Source of the DNA: Octopus bimaculoides
Lineage: Eukaryota
Reading direction: 5' to 3'
Assembly: GCF_001194135.2 (NCBI RefSeq)
Contig: NC_068985.1
Span: 16,476,275-16,540,274 of the forward strand
Length of the DNA stretch: 64,000 bases
Shown: positions 51,511-64,000 of the stretch, piece by piece
How the letters are laid out: each line of letters begins with the position of its first letter
How positions within the stretch are numbered: position 1 is the stretch's first letter
Translations under genes and position numbers: made by a program
Notes under the pieces: model-generated
Seen by the model: only the letters and a program-made list of their open reading frames with translations
Database searches by the model: none
Told to the model about the DNA's origin: nothing

Positions 51511-54109
51511 TAAAAAAAGAGGTTAAGTGGAAATCACAAGGAATCTGAATTAATGGACCAAATGTATTATATTATACTACAAAGTACAGGATTTAAAAAC
51601 ATCTTGGATTAACTTCCTCTGTCATTCCTAGACAGTTAACATACTTCCTACAAGAATAATCTGTATCTTTTTACAATAAAAAATGTTTCAAACAAAGAAA
51701 TATAGAGCAGGGTGTTGCTCAGTAATAGATATTTTTTTGAATGAGAATTTGAGTTTGTATCCTTTTAAATCCCGAAGATTGATTGAGCCAATGGGGAAAC
51801 TTCTGTGTGGTGTGCAAACCTGAAAAAATACCAGTCAAATTTCCCTCTAATTTCTTCTGTCTTGCAAAAAGGGAAGAACATTATTTGATGTGTCTTAAAT
51901 ACTGCAAAAAATACTGGATGCTCAAGGTTGGAAAATCTTAGATCACAGGTCTGCTGACCTGTGAATACACTAAGACAACACACCACCAAGGTTTATTTAT
52001 TTGCATGCAACAATAAATTCTGGAAGAATCACTGATGGCAAATTTCTTCTCACACTAGAGACCAATATGTAAATTTTTTTGTTTTTCCGATGTTACAATT
52101 TTTTTTTTTTTGCTAAATGGATGGCTATTTAACAGTTGTTAACTATTTAACAGTTGTTGCTTAACCTCCAGTTAACCTGTGATCAAAATTAGTCAAGATA
52201 TAACCATCTTGTGTTGTTAAATGTATCTACTATCCAATGTGTCCTTTCTTTTTAATGATGATGGGGTTTGATTTGAGGGAGACTTGGCTGCTATTTATAG
52301 CAGGTCTGTTGACTTGAGTTTTCACAACCGTTGAATGTAGAAATGTACCCCTTACTTATCCTGTTGCAGTGTGATTGAGGTCTTTATCTGGAAATTCTCC
52401 TTTGACTGGATTACACAAACCCATTAACTACATAATGAATTTGAGGATACATTTTTACCAATTTGAGTATCTATACTTATCTACGAAAGTTTTTCCAACA
52501 CCCGATATCAATGCCAATTTCAATTCTTTTAATTTTACTAATACTTTCTCACTCATGAGGTGTGTCAAACACAATAGAGAATATTTATCAATCAAATGGG
52601 GAAGCTGAAAGAAGGAAACGACACATGCAAAAACATTTAAAATTTTATGAGTGCATAAGAAAAAATACTAAGACTATTGCATAATTGGTTAATGCTTACA
52701 AATATTAACCGTATAATTTAATTCTTTGTGAAGATGATGAAATGAGGAAAGAAATTAGTGCGATGGTCGCATAAATCGGTCAAACCGGGTCAAACGCTTT
52801 AGTTTGACCCATACATTTAGATTCTGCATATTGGTACACTCGGCACAACTATATGCCGGTTTATTAATCCTATTAAGTTATATCAAAAGAAAAAGTCTGG
52901 AATTATTTTCAGCTTAAGTAGAATCGTAATTAGGTGGGAGAAGGTTTAAACTGTGTAATTTATCAGGAATACTGTACCATTTTCTTTTTCAACAAATCAA
53001 TTAAATAAAAACACTTGGAATTAATTTTTAAAAATTCAACTTCCTAAAAGAATAATACTCCATAATATACAGCGAATTTGTATGTGTCAAATATTTATAT
53101 GTGTTATAATAATTAGAAATGAATATCTCATAAAATGTATTAAACAATAGTATTATAAATTAAATTAAATTATATAGAGATACAGTTTTATAAACATGAA
53201 AGGGACATTTGACTTCAAAGAAACATGAAAAACGGTGTAGGTCATATATTAGTGTAATATGAAGACGATAACGTGAGACAAAACAAAGCAATTTAAACAC
53301 AGAAATTATTTGAAGAAGAAAAAGAATACTTTATACCATATGTGTTAATAAATGTAGGCTGTTAATTTTCTACAATATATACTTTTCTCAATACGAACTG
53401 AAGTGCGTAAGTCACATTTTAAAAAGAAACATGGTCTCACCAAGGGAGATAATCGTGTATGCACAGTAACTAACAAGGTCATAACAATAGGTCTTCAAAG
53501 ATAACTGGAAAATACTCTTGTCAAGGAAAGATTTTCTATGTGGGCCCTCGATTTATTACAAAAAGCTATCAATATCCCAAATCACATACTGCTGTCTTAA
53601 AAAAAAATTGAGTATGTTAGATGATGTAATCTATTTGCAAAAAGAGAAATAATGACTTCCAACCTTGTACTGGGGATGAACAATCATTCTACAATAAAAT
53701 GGGGCTGGGAAGAGGCGTGTTGTTAGTAACCTCCAGTCGATTTTCTTATTAAAAAGAATATAAATACCTTGTTTATTGTGTCAAGAAAACATGGAAAACA
53801 TTATTTTCTTTTTCGTCGGAACTAAATGCTCTTTTGTAACAGTTAGGACATATTTGTTCAGATATTTATTATCTTGGAAGCTGATTTGATTAAGATTTGG
53901 ATTTAGTTTGCTTCAATCACAAAATCTGCATTTTTTAAATGGAAGTAAAAAATCTGAAAATCGGTTTTATTTATGAAACAAACTTGATCCCAACATGTTG
54001 ATTCAGAAGCCTTAAACCCCAACCAAATAAACTGAAGTATGTAAGTGTACCCTCCTTCGTATTGATTTATAGCCGACAGAATGGCTTATATTGAGTGGGC
54101 GGGGCGAGG

Positions 54110-55370
54110 GACGATAATATTGACCCCACCCCCAGTCCTTCATAAGTGTTTTATCGACCCTGGAAGGATAAAAAGCAATTTTAACTTGGACGGTATTCGA
54201 AATCAAAATGTAGAAGCGTAATTCTAATGATGAATGAGGCACAAAGCGAAGACTTTTGAGGGAAGAGAATAATCGCTTCATCCTCAGAAGGATAAAAGGC
54301 AAAATTGACCTCGATGGGAGTCGAATTGAGAACGTAAAGGGCCATAACACACTACCACAAGGCTTTCTGTCTGTCACTCGACCGATTTCCCCAAACAAGC
54401 ATTATTCAATGAGAAAAGAAGCATGGTCATTCTTTACACAAGTGACCTTATCTTATCGCCCACCACTTGATATGAGAAAATAAACTGGTTTGATAGTTGA
54501 GCTCTGATAGGCTGTATGCAAATGAGTTCGTAACTGGGGTCCGGAACTCTCGTGGGAATAAAGACGAAGATGTTTTTTTAATTTTTTTTCCCACCTGGAT
54601 GATTCAGTTAATTGCTGGTACCGAACTATATTATCCAAAACTTATCGACCCTTATCTCAGTTATCTATATTTTGATATCTGTGAACAAATGAATTTGGAA
54701 CTCAGCCTCAAAACATTTGATAAATGCAGTGAAACGGCTCAGCTGTTCCTAATATTGGTTTCAAATTTTGGTGCATGTCCAGCAATTTCGGGGAGGAAGT
54801 AAATCAATTATGTCGACTCCAATGTTCAACTGGTAGTTATTTATTTTATCAACTCCGAAAGGATGGAAGGTAAAGTCGACCCCGGCGGCATTTGAACTCA
54901 GAACGTAAACTCGGAAGAAGTGCCGCTCAAGCATTTTTTTCCCGGTTCTGCCAGCTCGCTGCCTTAAAAATCTTCTTAATATTAATGGTTTCAAATTAGA
55001 AGTGGTGAGCTGGCAGAATCGTTAGCACGCCAAGCAAAATGTTTAGCGTCATTTCGTTCGTCTTTACGCTCTGAGTTCAAGTTCCGCCAAGGTCGACTTT
55101 GCCTTTAATCCTTTCGCGGTCGATAAAATAACTATCAGTTGAGCACTGGATCGATTTAATCGACTTAGCCCATTCCCCAAAATTGCTGGCCTTGTGCCAA
55201 AAATTGAAACTAATATTGGTTTCAAATTTTGGCACAATTTCGGAGGAGTGGGGCTAAGTCGATTAAATCGACTCCAGTGCTCAACTGGTACTTATTTTAT
55301 CGACCTCGAAAGGATGAAAGGCACTATGCTTTTGCCGGTCGTGCTAACGATTCTGCCAGCTCGCCGCTTA
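54110..55370. mobile_element. Cluster of SINE family B copies in alternating orientation
   Basis: ~54110-54330 (-), ~54740-54965 (-), ~55004-55205 (+), ~55213-55370 (-). Confidence 0.85.
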
Positions 55371-56896
55371 GAGTCTCTTTGTTTTGGGGCGCTGTGCACT
55401 GAACTCATAGGGCGCCACTTCATAGCTAACATTTGCATTGTTCTCTTTGCTGGCAAGCCTTTACCCAGAAATTGACTTAAAAATTTCATGCATTTGCTGA
55501 ACAGAACCCGTTCTCACCTCCTCTTCCACAGTCTTCACTCTACGCTATTGAGTACGTTATCTTGCACAAAAGGATAGAGATGCTCACTCAATGCAATTTT
55601 ACAATCAACCAATGTGGCGACTACTGCACCATCTTTGTTCAGCAGTGACAAATGGTCGAAATAACGCAATGACACTTGCAAACGAAAGGCTGGGTGCTTT
55701 TTCATGTGTGTAAATTTATTTCTGCATTTACACTATATTACGGAACCTGGACTAATTTTTCGCTCGCCATGGAAATAAACTCTGAGTTTAGATGTAACTG
55801 GAAACATTACACCTAAAATGACCACTTCACGAAGACAAGCTGTAAGCAGTGAAGCCAGTCCGCACTGCTGACATTCTTTTAATTTGATGAAACCGAGAAG
55901 GTAATCTGATTATCAATTTGTTATGGTAACTACAGTTTTATAGTGAATAGCCTTCCTCGATTTCGAACATAGAATCTTTAAGCTTGACTGTCAAAACCGT
56001 TATATTTGGCAATGATGATCAGAGATAATTACCACTAGCGATTAATAATATATTTGGTAATGTTGGCTAGAGTTAATTTGGGATATATCCCTGAATTCTA
56101 TTATAAATCTACTAACACTTTCCCAACCAATCATGTTTGATGCCACTTTTGGATAGGTGTTGATAGACAAAAAGAAAAGTTTGATTTTTATACTCAAAGT
56201 TCTCAGGGAATATTATAGAACTTTTTAGTGAGATTATAAAATCCCCGGAGTTCAACTCATTTATGCTGTAACCAGAAGCTATGACCTTCATTTATATGAA
56301 ATCTTTCAGCTCATCTTTCAGCACATCTTTCAACAATTTCATTATTTCCTAATTTACACACAACAAATTGTATGTTTTCTGTTGTGTCTGGAGAGAGTCA
56401 TTTTCTTATCGTGCCTATGTTATGTTTATTAAAATGATTAGTGTTATTAATAAATATTATTGAAGAAAATTCTGTCCTCTCAGCCTGCTTTTACTATTGA
56501 TCATTCAACATATTAATTATAACACAGCAATAGTTTCTTTGAATGGGAAAGAAATTTCGTTAATTTTCTCCCTACCTGCCCAATCAAATATTTTTTCTCA
56601 TATTTTAGATCGCATGCCTACATTGTTCGTATTCGTAGTATATTGCTTTATGCTAGTAAATTGTGAACTTGAACGCATTTTATTTTATTTATTTATTTAT
56701 TTATTTTCGCATCTCATGAAGTTTATTATAAATTTACTTCTCTTTGGTTTACTGTCAAAATAAATTCAATCAATTGAATCGAAATTTAAACTGAACCTAC
56801 CGTTTCGTTCATAATGGCAATACCAAGATAAGATAGTTGTGTTCAGAAAATTTTGACAGAAAGCTTATACGTGATTGATCCGTTCGATTATGATTT

Positions 56897-57115
56897 TACG
56901 AGGGAATGCTGAAAAGCTCCTGGCTTTAATTGTCACGAAAGGCCTGGTTGGAGGCTCAACCTTCCGAGTTCTTTTACAGGGCTTAGAAAAAATGAAGGAC
57001 CGCTGCAATAAATGTGTGAATCTGAGAGAGGAATATGTTGTATTAAATCATAATTAACTAATCCTCCTGTATTTTCTTTTATTCAAAGCCAGGAACTTTT
57101 CAGCACCCCCTCGTA
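56897..57115 (+). mobile_element. Mariner-derived MITE (internal deletion derivative)
   Basis: TA termini; TIRs tacgagggaatgctgaaaagctcctggcttt / aaagccaggaacttttcagcaccccctcgta. The interior encodes the mariner C-terminus GLEKMKDRCNKCVNLREEYV. Confidence 0.9.
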
Positions 57116-57621
57116 GTTTGGGATCACGAGTAAGCCACAACAGTTTCACGTAGTTGATTTATAAATCGACTAATCAGCATGAAGTTGTGATGTGATATGG
57201 CTTCTCGGATGATCTAAAATTCGCTCTCATTTTTTTTAATTACTTAAACAGTTTGGCGCCTAACTCGCAGGCAGACCACCTTGGTACTCAAGCAGACGAC
57301 ACCTCAGGCACGTGGGCAGACCACCTCGAGCAAGAGACGACTTCGGAACTCACGATGTATCACAGTTAGCCTTCAACAAGACATAGTGCCAGCAAAATAA
57401 ATCATGTCCATCAATAAATATGTCAAAAGTTCGGAGTTTCTTCCTTTATAATGCACACCGCCAGCTAGACCATGCGACGACAAAACAGCACCAGCAAGCA
57501 ACCACCACGTTGTTAGTAACCAAGCAACTGCGCGACAAGATTATCACCAATCGCAATAGAGAGCAGCGCAATATATTTGCTACTTAAGTCTTATAGATCT
57601 GAATAAAACTACATTAAAATA

Positions 57622-57835
57622 ATGGTTTCAAATTTTGATTCAAAGCCAGTAATTTCAGGGGCAGGGTTTAGGCAATATCATCGACTCCAGTTCACGACTG
57701 GTACGTATTTTATTAACCCTGAAAGGTTGAAACACAAAGTCGATCTCGGCGACATTTGAATTCAGAGTTTAAAGCCAGAAATACTGCTTGGCATTTTGTC
57801 CGGTGCGGAACGGTTCTGCCTACACGCCACCTTCA
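57622..57835 (-). mobile_element. SINE family B
   Basis: ggtttcaaattttg..aaagtcgatctcggcgacatttgaattcag..tctgcctacacgccacctt. Confidence 0.8.
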
Positions 57836-58101
57836 AGCTATATTAAAATAATAATAACAATGTATTATAAACCTGTCTGACATACTTTAAAATAACATTG
57901 CACATTAGTGACATACACCAGTTGTCATTTGCAACAGCTGACGTACTGTAAACAATCAGCCCGGATCTCATGGTCCGCTCTGTTTAGTTTCACCAGGGTG
58001 CTCTTCCACACGGCTTTGTCAAAACGCAAGAATTTGCAAATTATTGAAGATACCCGTTGTGTATTTAACATCAACATTTCAGATACATTGCAGTTATAAT
58101 A

Positions 58102-58145
<44 letters not shown>

Positions 58146-58641
58146 GTGTGTGTGTGTGTGGTTCAACTTTACAGGAAACAAAAGACGAAGACTGGTGAAG
58201 GAATAACAAGCAGGTGTATTAGTTTAATACTCGGGAAGAATGGAAAAGTATTTGACCTTTCGAGCCTACTCTCTTCGATAGAAAAAATTAAGAGGAAAAA
58301 ACGGAGAGAGAAAAAAATGTGTAGGGATTAAAGGTTCAACATGATGACATGGCTAGAAGTATATATATATATATATACCTCGTAGAATCTTTAATTTGAT
58401 ATATTTACATAAAAGTTCATCGGTACTCCGCAATCTGTCCATATTGTGCCAGGATTCATTAGAATCTAGGTACATCAACACGTAGGATGCCAGGACTGGC
58501 GAGGTACCATAACATTGAATTCACAGTGAAGTATCATGTGTTGGTAGTATACTGCAGGTATGTATATATGTAGGTACCAAATCCAATATAAACCATAGAT
58601 CCGACTCAGAGTTGGTTCCAGATGTTGCATACGTATAAAAA

Positions 58642-58911
58642 GAACACAAATGAGATTTAAAATTTACTACAGCTGTTTGGGTAAAATTTTATTGATGCAT
58701 TCATAGATTACATCATAACATAAATCCACCATCTTCAGGTGAAATTTTAAACAGGTATAAACAGGCAAGGTGAGCCCTTTTACCTTGCCTGTTTATACCT
58801 GCCTAAAATTTTACTTGAAGATGGTGGATTTATGCTTTAATGTAATCTATGAATACATCAATAAAATTCCGCCGAAACAATTGTAGTAAATTTTAATCCC
58901 CATTTGTGTTC
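58642..58911. repeat. 270-bp palindrome carrying two inverted Penelope-type hammerhead-like folds
   Basis: Arms 58642-58773 / 58780-58911 with a ~6-nt loop. Right arm (+): tttac-TTGAAGA-T-GGTGG..CCGCC-GAAA-CAATTGT-A-gtaaa. Left arm (-): CTGAAGA-T-GGTGG..ACC-CAAA-CAGCTGT-A-gtaaa. Confidence 0.85.
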
Positions 58912-58923
58912 CTATGGTGAATA

Positions 58924-58925
<2 letters not shown>

Positions 58926-58998
<73 letters not shown>
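58926..58998. repeat. (TA)n microsatellite
   Basis: Perfect TA run directly after the palindrome. Confidence 0.95.
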
Positions 58999-59001
<3 letters not shown>

Positions 59002-61914
59002 AACGGCTGTGTGACTACTGGAATATCGTCATTATTATCACAAAGTAAAACCCTTTAATACTTTTATAATTGTAGGTTACGAGTGATGGATTTTGTCCAA
59101 TACATACTAAAATATGTCAAAACACGTGGACAAAATTTCAATTCGCTGAACCAGAACCGGCACTTATACAGCCTATCATTATGAAATATGATAGGGTAGT
59201 CTTATTCAACGAATATAGTTAAAAAACTAAACTTTCAATAGGAATTCTAGGGAGTCATCTTATACACCGACTTTACAATATATCAGTTCTTTTGTAGTAG
59301 TAGTAGTAGTGGTGGTGTTGGTGTTAGTGGTGGTGGTGTTGGTGGTGGTGGTGATGATGATGTGGTGGTGGTGGTGGTAATGGTAGCGGCAGCCGTAAAC
59401 CTTATTGAGTAGATATGTGATCAAATGTGATTTTAAGCACAATTTCACCAAAACACGATCCAATATGATTTGACCAAACGGTTACAAAGTTCGCTTTTTC
59501 AATCAAAAGGTCCCAGATTCGTTTACGTTGTGTGACATCTTGAGAAAGTGCCTTTCACTACAACCTCGAGCAGACGTAAAATTGGGGAGACGAGTGGATA
59601 GTGCATGTAAAGCTAAGGTTCGGTTTTGTCCATCTCTGTGTCACGCTGACTTGGCATGTGTATAACGTTAAAGGTAAGCTCTATCTGTGGAATATCCAGC
59701 CACATATACGGTAGTTCAACGAGTAGATAGTTTCAGCTGACCGAACAACGGAAAACTCATGATCGGATATTCCGGCAAAAATCCATTCATTCATAATGTG
59801 ATTCGAAGGAGATTTAGTTAGTCCTAGAATGTTGAACGATTACATAGAGCTGTTGTTTAGCCCCATAAACTCCGATCGAACAGATCAACAATCAAAGTCA
59901 TTCCAGCCATGACCATCTTATCTTTAGTGTAATGTCTCGAAATATCTTATCCAATGAGTCCTTTCCTTTTAAGACAATATGCTGTGATTTGAGGAAGATA
60001 GACTGACATTTCTAGTAGGTCGAGTGAACACGTTGAGATTCTGTCAATAGTAGTTATTGTTGTTTAGCCCTAGGTCACCCGTGATTGTGCAAGCCTATGA
60101 TCAAAGGCGTTCCAGCAGTTGATTACCCGTTTTTTTTAAAGTATCTAAAACTACGTTACCAAATGTATGTTTTTTTAAAGATATTAGAGTGTAATTTGGG
60201 TTAATTTGGCTGCTAACTCTAACAGGCCGAATGAACGCGTGGAGGTAAGTCTCTTTGTAGTAGTATTAGTATTAGATGTCGATTAAATACTTATGTAAGG
60301 AAAATGAACAACCGACTTCTGATGAAACAGTAAAAGCGCTAAAGCTAATTGGATCACTACATTTTTTTTTTTTTTTGGCCACTGGAAAACGAATAAATAG
60401 TTTAACCACAGTATCTACATTTTGCAGCTAGGCTAAAATGTTTCCTAAAAAAACACCTCCTATGTCAATATTATAACTCATTTTATAAATTGAATAAAAT
60501 AAACGCTGTGGAGTGCTTTTCTTAATTAATTATGTAAGTTGTCTCCCTTCTAACATGTAACTCTCCAGCTTTGTTAAACTTTAGTTGCCACGTTGGTTAT
60601 TGACGACGTGTTCTATATTTCCGTCATTGCAGTATTTTATCACTTACACGTTGGCTTCCTTTGTCATTGGACTTATTTCAGTTTTTATACTTATTTAATA
60701 TAGGATCAAGTTTTACAGTTCATAAGTTGAACACAACTGTAAGTATTTGTCTTCTGTAAGAATAATTTTATGCCAAAGAAAACAAAAACTAACCGGCTTG
60801 TCAAAAGTAGAGCTATCAATATGGCCGTTAAGATCACTTAATCCACTGATGTTTATTTCATCCTTTCGTCAATGATTGCTTTTATTATACACCCCTGCAT
60901 CTTTACTATATTACATATATACTCTCTGTGAAATTTATTATGAAATTCTTACTTGTACTTTCAAGTTTGAGGAAGAAATCAGTTTATATAGATTAAAAAT
61001 TATTATAATGGGCGTGGGTGTTTTGAATAAACAACTCGGCAATTTCAGATTATTATTTTAATTTAATAAGTATTTATCTGATAAATCGTGATTCTTTCAT
61101 CTTCGTTTGTAACAGGTTCCGATATAAATTAATCTGAAAACATTGCATTTAAAAAACAGAGAGCCGAACTTGAATACTTTATAATATAATATAATATAAT
61201 ATAATATAATATAATATATATATATATATATATATATTTCTTCGAAAATGTCAGTGGAGAGATCTTTATCACCTTTCCCCTGTTATCTAATTAGTATTTT
61301 ATTCATTTTTCTGGAATTATTTTTAATGGCTTCTTCTAATATTGTCCTTTTAGATTTGAACTCTTAAAAAAAAAATCTGAAGAACTTTTGGTATTTCCTT
61401 TCGAAACAAGTTAGGGAAAAGATCTCCCCCCCCCACCACCATAATTCCTTTCCGATCAGTTTGTTAAAATTTAATTTGAGTTTTACTGTATGAATGGTGT
61501 CTAAGAACTTAATTCTGTATACATATCATTATGCAGACCTTTCATATTTTTGGATCTAGTTCGTATTCATCATGACATTCTACGATATTGCAGATATAGT
61601 CACAAGTTACATCAGCTGTATCGAATTAACGCTTGAGATTTCAGTTTGTAAACCAATTTAATTCCAAATACTACACTTCAGTTTTCTGTCAGTTTTTATA
61701 TCATATTCAATCATCAACGCCTGTAAAGGTTATAAAAGATTCTCTTCGGTACGGACAGATTCAATTAGTAATGCATTGGACACCACCTACTCTATCTCAT
61801 TACTTAGCATACCCTATTAATTATTATTCTTGTTGTTACTATTCTTGTAATGCCCCATTACCTGTTGCTTTCGTGGCATATGATCACGATTATTATTACT
61901 GTAAGTAGTAGTGG

Positions 61915-62060
61915 TCGTTTTAGCTCTTTACGTTCAGAGTTCAAATGCCACCGAGGTCGACTTTATCTTTCGCCCTTTCGGGATCGATTGAATAAGTACC
62001 AGGTGTCGATGTAATCGACTTCTATTCCCCCTCGAAATTGCTGGCCTTGTGCCTAAATTA
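61915..62060 (+). mobile_element. 5'-truncated SINE family B
   Basis: tttacgttcagagttcaaatgccaccgaggtcgactttatctttcgccctttcgggatcg..gctggccttgtgcctaaa. Confidence 0.8.
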
Positions 62061-63429
62061 TAATAATTATTAGTAGTAGTCACAGTGTTGTCGCCTCGCC
62101 GAAGATTGGGTCTTTGAATTCGCTTATTTCGTGTTAGCTAATAATTCACACCATCACCTTTCCTAATTATAATCTGAAATTCATAGGCTAACTCCCCCAC
62201 CCATCCCCCCNNNNNNNNNNNNNNNNNNNNNNNNNNNNNNNNNNNNNNNNNNNNNNNNNNNNNNNNNNNNNNNNNNNNNNNNNNNNNNNNNNNNNNNNNN
62301 NNNNNNNNNNNNNNNNNNNNNNNNNNNNNNNNNNNNNNNNNNNNNNNNNNNNNNNNNNNNNTATATATATATATATATATATATTGCGTACGTGTTTGCT
62401 ATATTTTATCTCACACTTGTATTAATAGCAAGTTCTTGGCGAACTATGTTAACAGGTGTCAATTTATCTAGTTGGAATTTCCTTACTTAAGCCGTTAGTT
62501 CCTTTCAGAAAGGGCCTAAGCCTCGCAAATTCTCATTTAACCTTTTATGATCTAGACTATATAAACCATTCTAACAAACCATTTGACATTTAACAGAAAA
62601 TACCAATTTGGTTCATTTTTTTTCTTTTACAATTTATCTGCAACAATTAATGCTTCGTTGAATTTTTTTTTTCCCACTCGACAAAAGAGTTTACTAAACA
62701 CGTTTCTAATATGATCTGTGAGACTTACCATACCTCTGTGTCTGATTTAACTGTCTCATCTTTGTCTCCCTTTACTACGTGTATTCATTACTAACCACCA
62801 CAAGATATTCATTTGTCAAATGTCTTATCTTTTTTACAACCTGATAAATGTGTGGCTATAGCTGCCATAAATAAAATATAAAAGATAATCAGTATGAAAT
62901 ATGTGTCATGCATACAAAAGAAGCTGGATGTCAACAGCTGAGTCCAGTCACACCATTATTAAATGTTGATAGAATCTAAGAGATCTAAGAAATGTAGATA
63001 GATCGGGAAAATCGGTAGAGCATCGAAGATGTCTTGCGGTGTTTAGTTGCGTCCCTTTATGTGTTGAGCTCAAATCCATCCAAGATAAACATTACTTTTC
63101 TTCTAGAATCCATAAAATGGATAATAATCGTTTATTGGTGTTGATATAACTAGCTATTCCATCGTTCGTAAGTTTGTCATTTTGGTCTTACGTAACAGCA
63201 AGTACCCCGTCATGTGGCCTTGTTATTGAATGTTTTGAGTTTATGGATGTCTTAGTCACTTGAAGTGACACTTTTATATCGTTGGGAATTATCATTCCTT
63301 AGACTAGAAAAACGAGGTTCCTTATAATATTGAACCTTTTCTTTTTTTATTGGATTGGTTTAACGGAAGGAGTAGTATCCAAAGTCCTTGTAGACCTAAT
63401 GCATCTGGAGTGATCGATACAATTAATAT

Positions 63430-64000
63430 TACTCTTGACCATTCACAAGTTGGCAGCTGCAGGAAAGACATGTGCAGAGTGAATTACTGAAAGTTGATGT
63501 TCTGGAGTGAGGTAGGTAGCTAGTGCAGGGCTCGGGGTTGTAGATATAATATGGATGAAGAGACACAATCTGGTTGAGAGTGCTTAGATGACAGGAGACT
63601 AACCAGACCTGAAGAGCTGAGACCACTGTAGTAGCTATAGAAAGACAGACGGAGGGAGGGAGGGAAAAGAGACAGCTCACCTATGGGCCAGAGGTTAGTG
63701 AGTGACATCATCCCAATTTGATCTTTCTTTGGGTGCAATCTAAGATATCTGTGTAGCAGCAGTTCAGTTCCAGTCTGGGGCAGCACACCATTATGGGCCT
63801 TTGTAGAGAGTGAATAATATTTGAAGTCTGTAGTATTTTATTGCGCTGAAGAAGTCAGTCTTTGAGATGCTGTGTATTTACTAAGAAAGATCCTCAATGA
63901 TACTGAAATCTAGTATTTGTAGCAACCTTGAAGGATCCAGCTGTGTGCTGTTCATGTTTAGGGGTTCATTAGACTATGAATGGTTATATAGCAATAAAGT
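63430..64000 (-). mobile_element. Possible decayed Gypsy integrase remnant
   Basis: Minus strand AHNGV..ELLLHRYLR..Q/NWDDV..LAHR resembles the integrase NGxVERxNRTL..W..AYR region. Multiple frameshifts. Confidence 0.35.

Noticed and set aside
57241-57350. ACA-gtt-TGGCGCCTAAC resembling an LTR end plus tRNA-Lys primer-binding site, followed by gcagaccacct repeats
   Set aside because: No matching second LTR or gag/pol ORF is visible.
59505-59680. Apparent plus-strand exon (AG at ~59510, AAG|GTAAGC at ~59672)
   Set aside because: All three frames contain stops and no partner exons were identified.
1-64000. CRISPR arrays, rRNA genes, bona fide tRNA genes, prokaryotic operons
   Set aside because: None seen. 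tRNA-like sequences are SINE heads without complete acceptor stems, and the sequence is spliceosomal-intron-containing eukaryotic DNA.

Overview
AT-rich eukaryotic draft-assembly window with six N gaps and dense microsatellites. The repeat complement (tRNA-derived SINEs with CA/TG tracts, RTE tails ending in (CAT)n, R4/Dong, mariner, piggyBac and hAT MITEs) and the C2H2 genes suggest an octopus/cephalopod genome; this is inference. Four protein-coding genes are supported: (1) a single-coding-exon C2H2 zinc-finger gene (15128-16684, -) with eight DHTY motifs matching the HCF-1-binding consensus; (2) an 11-finger C2H2 gene with two coding exons (32986-35841, -); (3) an intronless ORF (44506-45879, +) recognisable as TOP6BL/TOPOVIBL, the SPO11 partner; (4) MRPL36 (50363-50902, -). 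The intergenic/intronic DNA also holds four separate loci with minimal, Penelope-type hammerhead ribozyme folds. One has a compensatory G3:C8 core, and one sits in a 487-bp palindrome of two head-to-head units with tRNA-like heads. There is also an ~817-bp foldback DNA element with an 8-bp TSD and a head-to-head TTAGGG/CCCTAA core. All alignments and folds were done by eye, and family names come from recalled motifs, not database searches.
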